The notes beneath the pieces are model-generated. The model searched no databases, was not told the origin of the DNA, and worked only from the letters and a program-made list of their open reading frames with translations. From Acidobacteriota bacterium (GTDB lineage Bacteria > Actinomycetota > Acidimicrobiia > Spongiisociales > ZC4RG35), in NCBI GenBank assembly GCA_022573225.1, contig JACZUI010000007.1:2183-66182 (forward strand): a stretch of DNA of 64,000 nt, given 5' to 3'. The position numbers were made by a program, and so were the translations under genes. Shown here piece by piece: positions 9,916 to 20,435 of the stretch. Position 1 is the first letter of the stretch; the number at the start of each line of letters is the position of its first letter.

Positions 9916-11128
9916 GGGGGACCTCTCCGGTCAGAAGCTGGATGTCCTTGTCGCCGCGTCCCGACAGGCCGACCACGATCCTTGCGCCCGGGTGGCTCGC
10001 CGCCCAGCGTTTTGCCCCGGCCAGGGCGTGGGATGACTCGAGGGCGGGCAGGATTCCCTCGGCCGAGCTGCACTCGTGGAGGGCGTCCAGAGCGTCGTCG
10101 TCGGTGACCGACTCGTAGCGGGCTCGTCCCAGGTCGCGGAGAAGGGCATGCTCGGGCCCGACCCCGGGGTAATCGAGACCGGGTGCGATCGAATGGGTGT
10201 CCTCGATCTGGCCGTGTGCGTCCTGGAGGAGTGGGGTCATGGCTCCGTGCAGCACTCCCGGGCTTCCCTTGCCCAGGGTTGCGGAGTGAGGGTCGCCGTC
10301 CCCTCCCCTCCCGCCAGCCTCTATTCCCAACAACTCGACCTCGGGATCTCCCACAAACCCCCGAAACAGGCCGATCGCGTTTGATCCGCCACCTACGCAG
10401 GCAACTGCAACATCGGGCAGACCCCCGCCGCGGGCAATCATCTGGTTTCGGGCCTCATGCCCAATAACCGATTGGAACTCCCGCACCATCCACGGGTACG
10501 GATGAGGCCCGACCACAGATCCGAGGAGGTAGTAGGTGCCGTCCGGGTCGGACACCCAGTCACGCATTGCCTCGTCGATCGCCGATCTCAGGGTCTGGTC
10601 GCCGGTCTCGACCAGTATCACCTTGGCGCCGAGGAGCTTCATGCGCTCCAGGTTGGGTTTCTGACGTCTGGCGTCGATGACCCCCATGTAGACGGTGCAG
10701 GGCAGTCCAACCCGGGCGGCGGCGGCCGCGGTGGCGACTCCGTGCTGTCCGGCTCCGGTCTCAGCGACAATCCGGCTGACGCCGAGCCGCTTGGCGATCA
10801 GGGCCTGACCGAGGGCGTTGTTGATCTTGTGAGCGCCGGTGTGGCAGAGGTCTTCTCGCTTCAAGTAGACCTCGGCGCCCCACCGCTCACCAAGACCGGG
10901 CGCCGGGCTCAGCGCCGTCGGCCGGCCGATGAAGTCCCGTTGTTCGGCTTTCAGCTCTGCCTTGAACCCCGAGTCGGCGAGAAGCTCGATCGATTTGCGT
11001 TCAAGTCGTTGCAAGACCGCCATCAGCGTCTCCGGGACGAATCGACCCCCATATGGTCCGAATCGCCCGTCGGAGGGCGGCGCGCCCTCGATCAGCTCCG
11101 CGAGAAGTGAGTTCTTTGTCATGGTCAT
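9908..11128 (-). CDS. trpB: Tryptophan synthase beta chain
   Basis: LKREDLCHTGAHKINN (PLP lysine) and GGGSNAIG. Confidence 0.95.
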   Translation of the reverse strand: MTMTKNSLLAELIEGAPPSDGRFGPYGGRFVPETLMAVLQRLERKSIELLADSGFKAELKAEQRDFIGRPTALSPAPGLGERWGAEVYLKREDLCHTGAHKINNALGQALIAKRLGVSRIVAETGAGQHGVATAAAAARVGLPCTVYMGVIDARRQKPNLERMKLLGAKVILVETGDQTLRSAIDEAMRDWVSDPDGTYYLLGSVVGPHPYPWMVREFQSVIGHEARNQMIARGGGLPDVAVACVGGGSNAIGLFRGFVGDPEVELLGIEAGGRGGDGDPHSATLGKGSPGVLHGAMTPLLQDAHGQIEDTHSIAPGLDYPGVGPEHALLRDLGRARYESVTDDDALDALHECSSAEGILPALESSHALAGAKRWAASHPGARIVVGLSGRGDKDIQLLTGEVPHD

Positions 11129-11745
11129 GTTGTCACCAGTTCCTCTTCGGTCTCCCTGACTGCCTCTACAAACGCTCTAATTCGACCTGGGTCTTTGACC
11201 CCGGGCCTCGACTCGACGCCGCTGCTGACATCCACTCCAAAGGGGCGGATCGCCCGGATCACCTCACCGACGTTGTCGGGGTCGAGTCCTCCGGCGACCG
11301 TCATCCGACCTAGGACAGCGGCCTGTCGTGCCCCGGTGTGATCGACCTTGCGGCCTACCCCGCTCCGGGGCCCTTCATAGAGAAACCTTCGGCTTGACGT
11401 TGTGGCGGTATACGTCTCTATCTCTGCAGTGACGGTGGGAGACTCTCTGAACACCGGGAGCTTGGGGAACGAGGTCAACGTCGCCAGAGCTGAATGGTCC
11501 GCCTGGACGAGTCGAGCGTCGAACCGCTCCAGGACGTGTGTCACTTCTTGCATGGAGGGGCGAAGGAACACCGCGACCCGATCCAGGTCATCAGGGAGGT
11601 TCGAGGCGATGGCTGTTGCCTGGGCGGGGGTGAGCCGGCGGACCGAATCGGCGAAGACGAACCCGACGGCATCGACACCCGCCTCGACTGCGGCGTCAGC
11701 GCCGGTGGCGTCGGTGATGCCGCAGATCTTGATGTGAATCCTCAT
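11125..11745 (-). CDS. trpF: Phosphoribosylanthranilate isomerase
   Basis: IKICGIT at the N-terminus, about 200 aa long, located between trpC and trpB. Confidence 0.85.
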   Translation of the reverse strand: MRIHIKICGITDATGADAAVEAGVDAVGFVFADSVRRLTPAQATAIASNLPDDLDRVAVFLRPSMQEVTHVLERFDARLVQADHSALATLTSFPKLPVFRESPTVTAEIETYTATTSSRRFLYEGPRSGVGRKVDHTGARQAAVLGRMTVAGGLDPDNVGEVIRAIRPFGVDVSSGVESRPGVKDPGRIRAFVEAVRETEEELVTT

Positions 11746-12566
11746 AACGGCGTTCCGATCCCCGCGGCACGACGGCCTGCCGAGATGAGTGCACCAGCGG
11801 CGGCTCCGGGGTCGGCGCTGGTAACCAGCCCGGTGCCGACCAGGGCGAGGCGGTAGCCGAGGCGGACTGCCTGTATGGCGTCATCCGGTGAATGGATCCC
11901 GCTCTCGGCGACGGCAGGCAAGTTCTCGGGAAGCCGAGGAGCCATGGCTTTCAACCTTGAGGCATCCACTCCGAGCGTGGTCAGGTTGCGGGTGTTGACC
12001 CCGATCAGGATGTTGCGGGCGAACACCACCGAGGCCGCGGCGAGGTCAGACTCATCGAAGACCTCAATCAGGACGAACATGCCGAGACTCAAGGCCTGGT
12101 CGGTCATTTCGGTCAGGGTCTCTCCACTCACCATTCTTGCTATGAGGAGGACACCCGACGCTCCCGACGCCCTCGCCTCGAGAATCTGAATCGGGTCGAC
12201 CAGGAAGTCCTTGCGGAGAATGGGGATATCGACTGCGTCGGCTGCCGCTTCGAGATGGGCGAGACTCCCGTCGAAACGATCTGGCTCGGTGAGGACAGAA
12301 ACCGCCAGTGCCCCGGCGGTCTCATAGGACCTGGCCAGTTTCACCACCGCGGCACTCCCGCTTCCTTCGGGTACGAGCCTCCCATCGGCCGGGCTGGCCA
12401 GTTTGGCCTCGGCGATGAGGTCGAACCCGTCCTCGGATAGGTCGAGAGGCAGGGCCGGCCGGGCGTCCCGGGCCCGGGAGGTGAGCGTGGCCGCGCCAGC
12501 CCCGCGCCTTGCCTCGTCGGCCCTTCTTCGGCTCGACTCGGCCATCCTGGAAAGGAAGTCAGACAT
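11742..12566 (-). CDS. trpC: Indole-3-glycerol-phosphate synthase
   Basis: IAEAKLASP, ILRKDF and NTRNL motifs. I chose ATG 12566, which overlaps the trpD stop by 8 nt, rather than the longer ORF starting at 12614. Confidence 0.85.
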   Translation of the reverse strand: MSDFLSRMAESSRRRADEARRGAGAATLTSRARDARPALPLDLSEDGFDLIAEAKLASPADGRLVPEGSGSAAVVKLARSYETAGALAVSVLTEPDRFDGSLAHLEAAADAVDIPILRKDFLVDPIQILEARASGASGVLLIARMVSGETLTEMTDQALSLGMFVLIEVFDESDLAAASVVFARNILIGVNTRNLTTLGVDASRLKAMAPRLPENLPAVAESGIHSPDDAIQAVRLGYRLALVGTGLVTSADPGAAAGALISAGRRAAGIGTPL

Positions 12567-13565
12567 GGGCCATCGCCCTGAGACGGTCGAGAAGATCGCG
12601 GGCGCGTCCATCATCGATAGCGGCCGCGGCCTGATCGACCGCCTCGAGTGGAGCCTCGGCTCGCCCGGTGACCCGTAGAGCCAGGGAAGCGCCCAGTACC
12701 AGTGCGTCCCGGTGAGCGCCTGGCTCGCCGTAGAGGACGGCTTCGAGCGCGGCTGCGTTGAAGTGTGGGTCGCCGCCTGTGAGATCCTCGGGCTGGCACC
12801 GGGCTAGGCCGAAATCAAATGGGTCTTCGATGGACTGAACTACCGAGCCTCCGGTCACCTCGAAGAGGTGATAGGGGCCCACCGGAGTGGGCTCGTCCCA
12901 CCCGGGCTCGCCATGAACCACAAAGGCCCTCTTCACCGACATTCCGGCGATGGTCTCGGCCATCATTCGGGCGGTCTCGACGTCGAAGGCGCCGATCACA
13001 TGGAACGGGGGTGTGGCCGGGTTGGCAAGGGGCCCAGCCAGGTTGAAGATTGTGCGCACACCGAGCGCTCGTCGCACCGGTGCGATGGCCTTCATCGCCG
13101 GATGGAATCCGGGGGCGAACAGGAAGGTGAAGCCCGTCCTGTTGAACACTTCTGCTGCTTCCCGTCTGTCCCATGGGACACTGAGCCCCAATGCGGTCAG
13201 AACGTCGGCGCTGCCGCTATTGCTCGATATCGACCGGTTTCCATGCTTGATCACCGGGGCGCCCGCAGCGGCCGCCACCAGCGCCGATCCCGTGGACAGG
13301 TTGAAGCTCCCCGATCCGTCGCCACCGGTGCCGACGATGTCCACCGCCGGTGTGTCCGCGGGGATGTCCGGCCGGATAGCCAGTTCTCGCAGGCCGTTGG
13401 CGAATGCTCTCAACTCATCGGGAGACTCACCCTTGGTCCGGAGCCCGGCTAGAGCCGCAGCGGCCAGGGTGGGATCGAGGGCGTCGTCGGTGAGATGACC
13501 CAGCAGGCGGCGGGCTTCGGTCTCGGTGAGGTCGGTCCCGGAGAGGATCTTCTCGACTAACTCTC

Positions 13566-13569
<4 letters not shown>
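12559..13569 (-). CDS. trpD: Anthranilate phosphoribosyltransferase
   Basis: DIVGTGGDGSGSFNLST and KHGNRS motifs. Confidence 0.9.
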
Positions 13570-14173
<604 letters not shown>

Positions 14174-14177
<4 letters not shown>

Positions 14178-15538
14178 AGACCCTCCGCCGCAAGGTCGAA
14201 CGCGGCGGCGATGGCGGCTCCCTTGGCGAGCGCCTCCTGATGCTCCCGCTCGGGGTCACTGTCGGCGACGATTCCGGCGCCGGCCTGATAGCTGTATTCC
14301 CCGTCCCTGAACACGACTGTGCGAATCGTGATGGCCTGGTCCATTGAGCCTCCATGGCCGAAGGATCCGATTGAACCCGAGTACCACTCGCGTCCCACCG
14401 GCTCGAGCTGGTCGATGAGCTCGATTGCCCGCAACTTGGGTGCTCCGGTCACCGTCCCTGCCGGGAAGGTCGCCGCAAACAGATCGAACGCGTCGAGGTC
14501 CGGGCGAAGCTTTCCGGTGACCCCGCTCACCATGTGCATGACATGGCTGTATCGCTCGATGATCCGATAAGGGTCGACCTTGATCGAGCCGGCCACCGCA
14601 GTGCGACCGAGATCGTTTCGTGCCAGGTCGACCAGCATCACGTGCTCGGCCGCTTCCTTGGGATCGGCGAGGAGCTGACGTTCCAACAGGAGGTCGTGAT
14701 CGTCGTCGTCCCCTCTCGGCTTGGTCCCGGCGATCGGCCGCAGTTCGGCGTCATGCCCGCTGAGGCGGGCCAGTGCCTCAGGGGAAGAGCCGACGACCTG
14801 GAAGTCGCTGAAGTCGAGGTAGTACATGTAGGGAGACGGGTTGAGAAGCCGCAGCGCCCGATAGGTGGCGAAGGGATGGATGTCGGTGTTCCCTGAGAAC
14901 TTGATCGAGAGCACCAACTGGTACACGTCTCCGGCGGTGATGTGGCCTTTCACCCGTTTGACGGCATCGATGAACTCGTGTTTCGACATGCTCGGGCTGG
15001 TTGGTCCGTGTTCACTCGATCCGTTCCCAGCCGGGATTGAGCCCCGCAGCATTGCTATGACCTCGCCTCGCAGGCTGGCTCGCTCGGGTTCCGATCCGGA
15101 ATGAAGAAGCGCGATGCGTCTGGTCAGGTGATCGAAGACCAGGATCGACTCTGTGGCCATGTAGGAGCCTTGGGTGGTCGAGGGTGAGTGTGGCGATGGC
15201 GGCAGGGGGTAGAGGCGGCGCACCAGGTCGAACCCCGAGGCCCCGACCAGCCCTCCCGAGAAGGTTTGGTCGCCTATCGCCGGAACGCATCGGGGGGCAA
15301 GACCCAAAGCCATTCTCAACCCGGTGAGCAACTCGGTCGACACCATCGAGCCGTCCACGTAGACGCCGTCGCGCTTCACCGAAACCTCGAGGGTCTCGCC
15401 GAAACCAATGAAGCTGTAGCGCCCCTGGTGCCCCGCCTCCACGCTTTCCAGCAGGTATCGTGGGCGCATCGGGGCAAGCCGAAGATAGGCGGAGACCGGG
15501 GTGTGCAGGTCGGCTGCTATGTCGAATGGTGGTTGCAT
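14174..15538 (-). CDS. trpE: Anthranilate synthase component I
   Basis: LLESV near the N-terminus, then FPAGTVTGAPK and GGSMDQAITIRT chorismate-binding motifs. AGAGGA Shine-Dalgarno upstream. Confidence 0.9.
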
Positions 15539-15583
15539 GTGGTCCTCTGTTCCTGCGGGATCTGAGGAGGGCCTGCTGCATCA

Positions 15584-15612
15584 GAAAACCCACCTCGCGA
15601 TCTCGAGGTGGG
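15584..15612 (-). terminator. trp attenuator terminator hairpin between the leader peptide and trpE
   Basis: On the minus strand: CCCACCUCG-AGAUCG-CGAGGUGGG, a perfect 9-bp GC-rich stem followed by UUUUC, 45 nt upstream of the trpE ATG. Confidence 0.7.
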
Positions 15613-15652
15613 CTGGTCTTGTCTGTGGTTGGTCAGAGCCTTTTCCGCACCT

Positions 15653-15706
15653 CTATGGGAACGGCCACCACCACTGGCTGGTCGGGCTGGTGCTTGTCTG
15701 GCTCAT
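15653..15706 (-). CDS. trpL: trp operon leader peptide (17 aa, MSQTSTSPTSQWWWPFP) with three tandem Trp codons
   Basis: Minus strand reads ATG AGC CAG ACA AGC ACC AGC CCG ACC AGC CAG TGG TGG TGG CCG TTC CCA TAG. It lies directly upstream of the terminator hairpin and trpE. It is too short for the ORF track. No obvious SD. Confidence 0.7.
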   Translation of the reverse strand: MSQTSTSPTSQWWWPFP

Positions 15707-15791
15707 TAGGGGTGAAGTTGTACCAGCAGGAGGCGACGGGGTCAACCCACCGGCCCTTATCGATCCGCCCAGAAGCTACGTTTGGTTCGGA

Positions 15792-16217
15792 ATGAAGGAT
15801 CGGAACTTGAAGCTGGCCTCCCAATTCCACCGATCGCTCTATCAGTTGACCGGTGGTCTCCTGGGGACACGCCTCGTCAACAACGACATGCTGCTGCTCA
15901 CGACCACCGGACATCGAACCGGCAAACGCCACACCGTCCCACTTCTCTATCTGAGCGACATGGGCCGATACGTCGTGATCGCCTCCTACGGAGGTCGTCC
16001 CCAAAACCCCGCCTGGTACACGAACCTCGTTGCCAACCCCGAGGTGGAGGTTCAGATCGGCAGACGGAGGTTCGCCGTCACCGCCCGGACGGCAGATCCT
16101 GATGAAAGGGCCGCCCTCTGGCCCCTGATCGTGGATGCCTACAAGGGGTACGCCGAATACCAGGCCCGCACCGATCGTGAGGTTCCGGTCGTCTATCTGG
16201 ATCCGGTTGAGAGCTAG
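15792..16217 (+). CDS. Deazaflavin (F420)-dependent nitroreductase family protein (Ddn/DUF385-like)
   Basis: LLLTTTGHRTGKRHTVPLLYL, NPAWYTNL and ERAALWPL are typical of the family. I chose ATG 15792. The longer ORF from 15501 would overlap trpE and trpL. Confidence 0.75.
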   Translation: MKDRNLKLASQFHRSLYQLTGGLLGTRLVNNDMLLLTTTGHRTGKRHTVPLLYLSDMGRYVVIASYGGRPQNPAWYTNLVANPEVEVQIGRRRFAVTARTADPDERAALWPLIVDAYKGYAEYQARTDREVPVVYLDPVES

Positions 16218-16227
16218 TCCCGTATGG

Positions 16228-17208
16228 CTAGGCGAACGCCGGGATCACCTCTCGGGCGAAGAGTTCCAGACTTGAGGTGTCATAGGCCGCGTCGGCGAAG
16301 TTGACGATGGCATAGGACATCCCCGCCTTCTCCCACTCCCGCAGGTCCTCAATGATCTTCTCGGGGGTGCCCGACGAGCCCCGGTAGAAATCCGTTTGAA
16401 GTTCGGCCCGATCTTCGGGCACGTATCGCATCAGCTGGTCCTTGAGCCCCTCCACCTTCTCGTCCGCTTCTGCCTGAGTCTCCGCACAGAAAATGTTGAA
16501 GTTGCTCGACCTGACGATGGCGTCATAGTCAGTGCCCACCGTCTCGCAATGCCCTTTGAGGACCTCGGACTTGTGGACGAACTCCTCCACGCTCGACGCG
16601 AAGTTGGTGTACTGGGCGTGGCGAGCCGCGATGTTGAGCGTCAGTTGCTCACCACCTCCGGCCACCCAGATCGGGATGTGCGGCTCCTGGAGGGGCTTTG
16701 GTTGACAGATCGCCCCTTTGAGGTTGTAGTACCGGCCCTCGTAATCCACAACGTCCTCGGTCCACATCGCCTTCATGATCTCGACACCCTCGCGCAGCAT
16801 CCCGATCCGCTCCGAGGGCTTGAGAAAGGGGTACCCGAAGCCGTCGTGCTCGTGCTCGTACCAGCCGGCCCCGATGCCCATCTCCAGCCTGCCGCCCGAG
16901 ATGACATCGATCGATGCCGCCACCTTGGCCAGGTAGGAGGGCGGGCGATAGGTGTTGCAGGTGCACATCTGACCCAATCGAACTGTGTCGGTGACTGCCG
17001 CCAGAGCGGCCATGAGGGTCCAAGCCTCGTAGGTGACTTCTTGGGTCGGCTCGGGCACGGTGTGGAAGTGGTCGTAGACCCACAACGAGTCGTAACCCGA
17101 TCTCTCGATGACATCGGCCACCGATGTCATTACCTGCCAGTGGTCCTTACGGTCGATTTCGACCAGATCGTGACGCCATCCCTGCGGTACAAACGCTCCA
17201 AAATTCAT
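16228..17208 (-). CDS. Luciferase-like monooxygenase (LLM) class, probably F420-dependent oxidoreductase
   Basis: LLM fold signatures: DSLWVYDHF, GGRLEMGIGAGW. Confidence 0.8.
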   Translation of the reverse strand: MNFGAFVPQGWRHDLVEIDRKDHWQVMTSVADVIERSGYDSLWVYDHFHTVPEPTQEVTYEAWTLMAALAAVTDTVRLGQMCTCNTYRPPSYLAKVAASIDVISGGRLEMGIGAGWYEHEHDGFGYPFLKPSERIGMLREGVEIMKAMWTEDVVDYEGRYYNLKGAICQPKPLQEPHIPIWVAGGGEQLTLNIAARHAQYTNFASSVEEFVHKSEVLKGHCETVGTDYDAIVRSSNFNIFCAETQAEADEKVEGLKDQLMRYVPEDRAELQTDFYRGSSGTPEKIIEDLREWEKAGMSYAIVNFADAAYDTSSLELFAREVIPAFA

Positions 17209-17278
17209 GCCGGCGACGGTAGCGCCGGAGGATCGTCGTCAGGGCAGGGAACGGCCGGTCTGGGATAGTCTCGCTGTC

Positions 17279-18430
17279 ATGTCCGTTTCCGACCGTCTTG
17301 CGCCCTTCGGGGTGACCATCTTCTCTGAGATGACCGCACTGGCGGAGGAGTACGGCGCCGTCAATCTCGGGCAGGGCTTCCCCAACTGGGATGGGGCCGA
17401 CTTCGTCAAGAGGGCGGCGGCGAAGGCAACTGTCGGTGGCGGGAACGACCAGTACCCGCCCAGTCACGGAATCCCGACGCTTCGAGAGGCGATCGCATCA
17501 CGTTATGGGCCTCGTATCGGGCGGGCGGTGGACCCGGAGACCGAGGTAACCGTGACCTGCGGCTGCACCGAAGCACTGGCCGCGGCTTTCCTGGGTCTGA
17601 TCAACCCGGGCGACGAGGTGATCCTGATCGAGCCTTACTACGACGCTTATCCGGTCTATATCTCGATGGTCGGCGCCGTTCCACGCTATGTCACTCTCAG
17701 GGCTCCTGAGTTTGCCCTGGATTTGGACGAACTTCGAGCAGCATTTTCCGCCAGGACGAAGGCGATCCTGGTGAACAACCCCCATAACCCGACCGGGCGG
17801 GTGTTCTCCAGCGAAGAGCTGGGCGAGATCGCATCCCTATGTCACGAGTTCGACTCGATCGCCATCACCGACGAGGTTTATGAGGAGATGGTCTTCGATG
17901 GCGTTCATCAACATCTTGCCTCGCATGAGGGCATGTGGGATCGCACTCTCACCCTGTCCTCACTGGGCAAGACATTCTCGCTGACCGGGTGGAAGGTCGG
18001 CTGGGGGATCGGGCCTGAAAGTCTCACCAAAGGCCTGAGAGCCGCCCATCAGTTCCTCACCTTCACGACTCCGACGCCGGTTCAGCACGGCGCGGCGGAG
18101 GCCCTGGGCGCCCCAGACCAATTCTTTGTCGATCTTCGGGATAGCTACCGGGAGAAGCGAGATCTCCTGAGCAAGGGTCTGGCCGACGTCGGATTCGAGG
18201 TGTATCTGCCTCAGGGGACCTACTTCCTCATGGCCGGTCACGACCATTTCGGCTTAGGCGACGACCGGGCCTTCTGTCGTCATCTGGTGGAGACCGCACG
18301 AGTCGCGGCCATCCCGCCGTCGGCGTTCTACCACCGGCCCGATGATGGCGGCGGGCTCATCCGGTTCGCCTTCTGCAAGGACGAGGCGACCCTCGAAGAA
18401 GCCATCGACCGTATGGCGGTGCTGGTCTAA
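17279..18430 (+). CDS. PLP-dependent aminotransferase, class I (YbdL / kynurenine-oxoglutarate transaminase-like)
   Basis: NLGQGFPNW, NNPHNPTG and SLGKTFSLTGWKVGW (PLP lysine). I chose ATG 17279. Confidence 0.85.
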   Translation: MSVSDRLAPFGVTIFSEMTALAEEYGAVNLGQGFPNWDGADFVKRAAAKATVGGGNDQYPPSHGIPTLREAIASRYGPRIGRAVDPETEVTVTCGCTEALAAAFLGLINPGDEVILIEPYYDAYPVYISMVGAVPRYVTLRAPEFALDLDELRAAFSARTKAILVNNPHNPTGRVFSSEELGEIASLCHEFDSIAITDEVYEEMVFDGVHQHLASHEGMWDRTLTLSSLGKTFSLTGWKVGWGIGPESLTKGLRAAHQFLTFTTPTPVQHGAAEALGAPDQFFVDLRDSYREKRDLLSKGLADVGFEVYLPQGTYFLMAGHDHFGLGDDRAFCRHLVETARVAAIPPSAFYHRPDDGGGLIRFAFCKDEATLEEAIDRMAVLV

Positions 18431-18431
18431 C

Positions 18432-19610
18432 TCAGGCGTTGGTTTCGCCCTGCACCCCCATCCCTACGTCTGCGATGACCTGGCCAACACAGATCAAGAG
18501 CACCACCAACGCCACCCACGTCGAACCGAGGAACGAGAGGAATCCAACGATCAGAAGCAGAAAGATGCCGAGGGCGCGGTTGCGTGCGATCGTCATGTGG
18601 AGGGTTGGTGAGCGTGTTGAAGAAGCAGCGAGATGGATGAGTGCCATCGCGCCGAATGCAACAGCGGATGAGCCGGCGAGCAGCCAGCGTTCGGCGGCAT
18701 CGAAGGCGCCATGGCCGGCACTCACCACTGCATGTTCGAGCCCTACTCCTGCCATCGCCACCCCGGTGGCGAGGAAGAAGTGGGAGTAGATCCATACGGT
18801 GGGCCGCCAGGCGCGACCGTCTTTGTCTCTCCTCCGAACCACCGATCCCTCGACGTTGTCGAAGTACATCCACCACATGCCGGCGGCCGCACCCACGCCA
18901 AACATCGCGGCGAGAGTGGTAGTAGCCGACCAGCCCGTTTGAGACAGCCCTACCACCACCGCGGCAATCGTTTCTCCGAGCACGACGATGGTGAAAAGCC
19001 CAAACCGCTCGGGTAGATGCGATACGTCGAGCGGCACACGCGCTTGTTCCCGGCGCATGAGCCAGGGTGTTGCGAGATCGATGCTGAATCCGGCCGCCCA
19101 GAGTGCGAAACGGGCCGGCTCGGGGACGAAGATCGAAATGGCCCAGAGCACGGCGCCGATCGAGAAACCGACGAGGTACCCGGTGACAAGCCTCCGTGTT
19201 GCGGGCACGTGTTTGCGGGCTCTCACGTACATGGCGATGAGGACGAGCCGTGACAGCGTGTAGGCCACGGCGAACGCCGCTGTCGAGCTGGCCGGCCCGG
19301 AGGAGAGTGAGGCAGCGGCTATCACAAGAGCGGCCATCTGGCCAGTAGCCAGAAGGCGATAGACCAGATCGTCGGTGTCATAGCGGTCGGCATAAAAGGT
19401 GTGGCTTGCCCAGAGCCACCACAAGAGCGCCATGTAGGCAACGTAGGACCAGACGCCACTCCAGGATGTGTCTTCGAGGAGCCTGCTGCCGAGAACTGCG
19501 ACAGCCACCACGAAGACGAGGTCGTAGAACAGCTCGAGCCAGGTGGCGGCGCGTTCCCCCTCTTCCGAGAGGGTGCGGAGCCGTGGCGGGCGAATGGTGG
19601 CGATCCTCAA
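18432..19610 (-). CDS. Low-temperature-requirement protein A (LtrA) family membrane protein
   Basis: N-terminal WLELFYDLVFVVAV signature and a polytopic hydrophobic body. Confidence 0.75.
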   Translation of the reverse strand: MRIATIRPPRLRTLSEEGERAATWLELFYDLVFVVAVAVLGSRLLEDTSWSGVWSYVAYMALLWWLWASHTFYADRYDTDDLVYRLLATGQMAALVIAAASLSSGPASSTAAFAVAYTLSRLVLIAMYVRARKHVPATRRLVTGYLVGFSIGAVLWAISIFVPEPARFALWAAGFSIDLATPWLMRREQARVPLDVSHLPERFGLFTIVVLGETIAAVVVGLSQTGWSATTTLAAMFGVGAAAGMWWMYFDNVEGSVVRRRDKDGRAWRPTVWIYSHFFLATGVAMAGVGLEHAVVSAGHGAFDAAERWLLAGSSAVAFGAMALIHLAASSTRSPTLHMTIARNRALGIFLLLIVGFLSFLGSTWVALVVLLICVGQVIADVGMGVQGETNA

Positions 19611-19844
19611 CGGAGTGATATCCGGATCATTTGGAGCCGGACCTTACCGGGGAGGCTCTGGGAGCCCGCTGAGCAATGCATGTCACTCATCTCGACGACC
19701 AGATCATCGCCACTCGCGGTGTCCTCGGCCCCGCCATTCCGCCCCAAGGAGTGGCGAAACCTCGTCCTTGCGAGTGACGCGCCTGGCCGCCGATCTGACC
19801 AACGGCATTATTCAGCCGACTCCTAGACCCCTAGATTGCCTCGT

Positions 19845-20162
19845 ATGACCGAAGACGAGCTACGCGATGGGGTGAGGCGTCTTCTGTCCCGGTATGACCT
19901 TTCCGAAGGTCGGGTGCTCGCGGGGACCGGATTCTTCGTTGACGGGCGCCTGGTGGTCGCCGTTATCGGGGCCGAGTTGTGTCTTCGCCTCGACGAGAGC
20001 CACAAGGTGGCCCGCTCCGATATCTCGCTGCTCCACTTTGCCGGTCGCCCTGTGCCGGGCTGGGCCGTCGTTGATGGCGACCAGCTCGACGACGATTCCC
20101 TGGCCGGTTGGGTCAACCGAGGGTTGGAGCAGCTTGGAGCCATCAACGAGTCAGGTCGCTAG
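19845..20162 (+). CDS. TfoX N-terminal-domain-like small protein (tentative)
   Basis: The size and the pattern GFFVDGRLVVAV..ELCLRLDE resemble the TfoX_N fold. Weak call. Confidence 0.35.
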   Translation: MTEDELRDGVRRLLSRYDLSEGRVLAGTGFFVDGRLVVAVIGAELCLRLDESHKVARSDISLLHFAGRPVPGWAVVDGDQLDDDSLAGWVNRGLEQLGAINESGR

Positions 20163-20239
20163 GGCCCTCCTTCGTCGCCTACGACTGTGCGAAAGGCTTG
20201 CCACTAGCCGTAACAGTGGCGTATCCTGATGGAGACGAA

Positions 20240-20330
20240 GCGCTCATCTAGAGCGGTGGAGGGAACAGGCCCTTTGATACCGCGGCAACCGGCGCAAGCA
20301 CGGTGCCAATGCCTGGATCGATGAGCTGAC
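20240..20330 (+). promoter_or_regulatory. SAM-I (S-box) type riboswitch aptamer in the metH leader
   Basis: GCUCAUC UAGAG CGGUGGAGGGA ACAGGCCC UUUGAUACC GCGGCAACC ... GGUGCCAAUGCC ... GAUGAGC. P1 pairs 20242-20248 with 20320-20326. The GGUGGAGGGA kink-turn/P2, GGCAACC..GGUGCC P3 and AAU junction all match the S-box consensus. P4 looks minimal or absent, so this may be a SAM-I/IV-like variant. Confidence 0.8.
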
Positions 20331-20435
20331 CTGGGGCTTTGGCCTTTGGCGCTCCTCAAGCGTTTCGAGAGAAACTAAGGAGTTGCCCACGGTGACCAAG
20401 TCAGATCCGTGCTGTATCCAATGTCCGGAGAAACG

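Noticed and set aside
15501-15791. N-terminal extension of the Ddn-like ORF
   Set aside because: It would overlap the trpE start, the attenuator and trpL on the opposite strand. Family similarity starts at ATG 15792.
16396-17268. 290-aa ORF on the + strand
   Set aside because: It is antisense to the LLM oxidoreductase gene (16228-17208), has low-complexity composition and shows no family signature.
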